A DNA stretch of 63,991 nucleotides, the filler included, from Octopus bimaculoides (Eukaryota), in NCBI RefSeq assembly GCF_001194135.2. It is 3 parts of 3 records of this genome, joined end to end, with 100 filler letters (N's around TTAATTAATTAA, not from the genome) between each part and the next. Parts side by side here need not be neighbours in the genome. Positions count along the whole stretch, not along the records: positions 41,361 to 63,991 come from NC_069007.1; 2 more parts are not named here. One strand, given 5' to 3'. Positions 62,813 through 63,991 of this stretch are shown piece after piece. The notes below the pieces were generated by a model. The model was not told the origin of the DNA. It was given only the letters and a program-made list of their open reading frames with translations, and searched no databases. The position numbers were made by a program, and so were the translations under genes. Position 1 is the stretch's first letter. The number at the start of each line of letters is the position of its first letter.

Positions 62813-63991
62813 GCTGGAAATTAATCACCAGCTCCTGGGAGCCTACTGATCTCTATAAGAACGATAGTTCTCGACTGCTTTAGGTCTTTGGCAGACGCCA
62901 CTGACCACAAGTAACTCGTCTCCGGCAACGATGTATCGGACACGAGCCAGTCTCCGGTTTCACCTCTGCCAGACGCCTGTCCACATCGTTTCTGTATGAA
63001 GACCACATGACCAACGGACCATCGGCTGCCTCTACGCACCACCAAGCAGTATGTCAACTTTATCTACAGATCAACAGTCAAGCCTAGCCACGAAGTCTCT
63101 CACACATCTTTGTTGTAACCTAGTTACGTTATTTTATTTCATGTATGGCAATCGTTGTATTTTATAAAGGAGAATAAATCGTCTCACCAGTTCGTTTCAT
63201 CTCCTGTTTTATATCGATTTCCACATTTCCCCATCTTCGTTATACACATGACAAAGAGTTAAACAATAACAACGAAAAACGAATTAAATTACTGTGGACT
63301 TTGGAATGCTACTTCTGAAAAATATATGGAATCATTGCAGCTGGAACACTTTTGATTGTTGGTTCATTCTGTAATGCTGATCTAAGGGTAACCCTTTGCC
63401 TGTCTAAAACATTTTCATAAGTTTGTCTTAAACATCGATAATTCTTTTCAAACTTTTAGTTAGTCCTTGTTTCATATATTCTGAGTAATATGATGACCAA
63501 GTGTTCCAGTTGATACGATTAACAGAACTGCCTGTTTGGGAGATTAACATGCAAATGCTTCAGTACTCCAAACACACACAAACCCTTAACGTAGTTCTCA
63601 GGAAGATTCAGTGTGACACAGAATGTGTCAGGGCTGTCCCTTTGAATTCATTGTGTTACCCTTCACAATAAATCAAGGACCACATGAACCACATGAACCA
63701 CATGAAGGACTCTCCATGCGTTCACATGACATGCTAGAAATAACAGCCAAATCTTCTTGCAATCTGAGGCTGCTGTCTGATAAAAAAAAAAAGATAAAAA
63801 ACAACAACAATAACAAAAGCAACAACGAACAACACAGACATCAATATGATCTTTTATTATCGTCTGTTGACAGAATGGTGGTGGCGGTGGTGGTGGTTGT
63901 GGTCAGCAGAGAGTATCATTAAGATCTTTTTTTTTTTTTGTAGTGAAAAAATGCTTCTTATAAAGAGACGATGCGAGCAACAGAAAAGAAC

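Overview
AT-rich, microsatellite-dense animal genomic DNA with many N gaps. The SINE/LINE repertoire suggests a coleoid cephalopod, probably an Octopus draft scaffold (inference, not searched). Only two host genes are recognisable. On the + strand are two internal exons of an NMDA-type glutamate receptor subunit most like GluN3 (7195-7345, 12030-12320). On the - strand is the 5' end of an SLC6 neurotransmitter transporter (TM1 exon 32690-32940, plus inferred upstream exons at 34243-34303 and about 34998-35180). The genes converge, yet I found no further SLC6 exon in the 32 kb below the TM1 exon, so they appear interleaved or nested unless the scaffold is misjoined. The rest is transposon debris: a degraded OTU-protease-bearing Helitron, RTE, R4/Dong-like and HERO-like LINE fragments, a Tc1/mariner remnant, hAT and Tc1 MITEs, foldback elements, several tRNA-SINE families (one forming oppositely oriented head-to-tail arrays), minisatellites and a near-perfect 67-nt hairpin. 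Almost all long ORFs in the supplied track are microsatellite or N-gap artefacts. All identifications are by eye; repeat boundaries are approximate.
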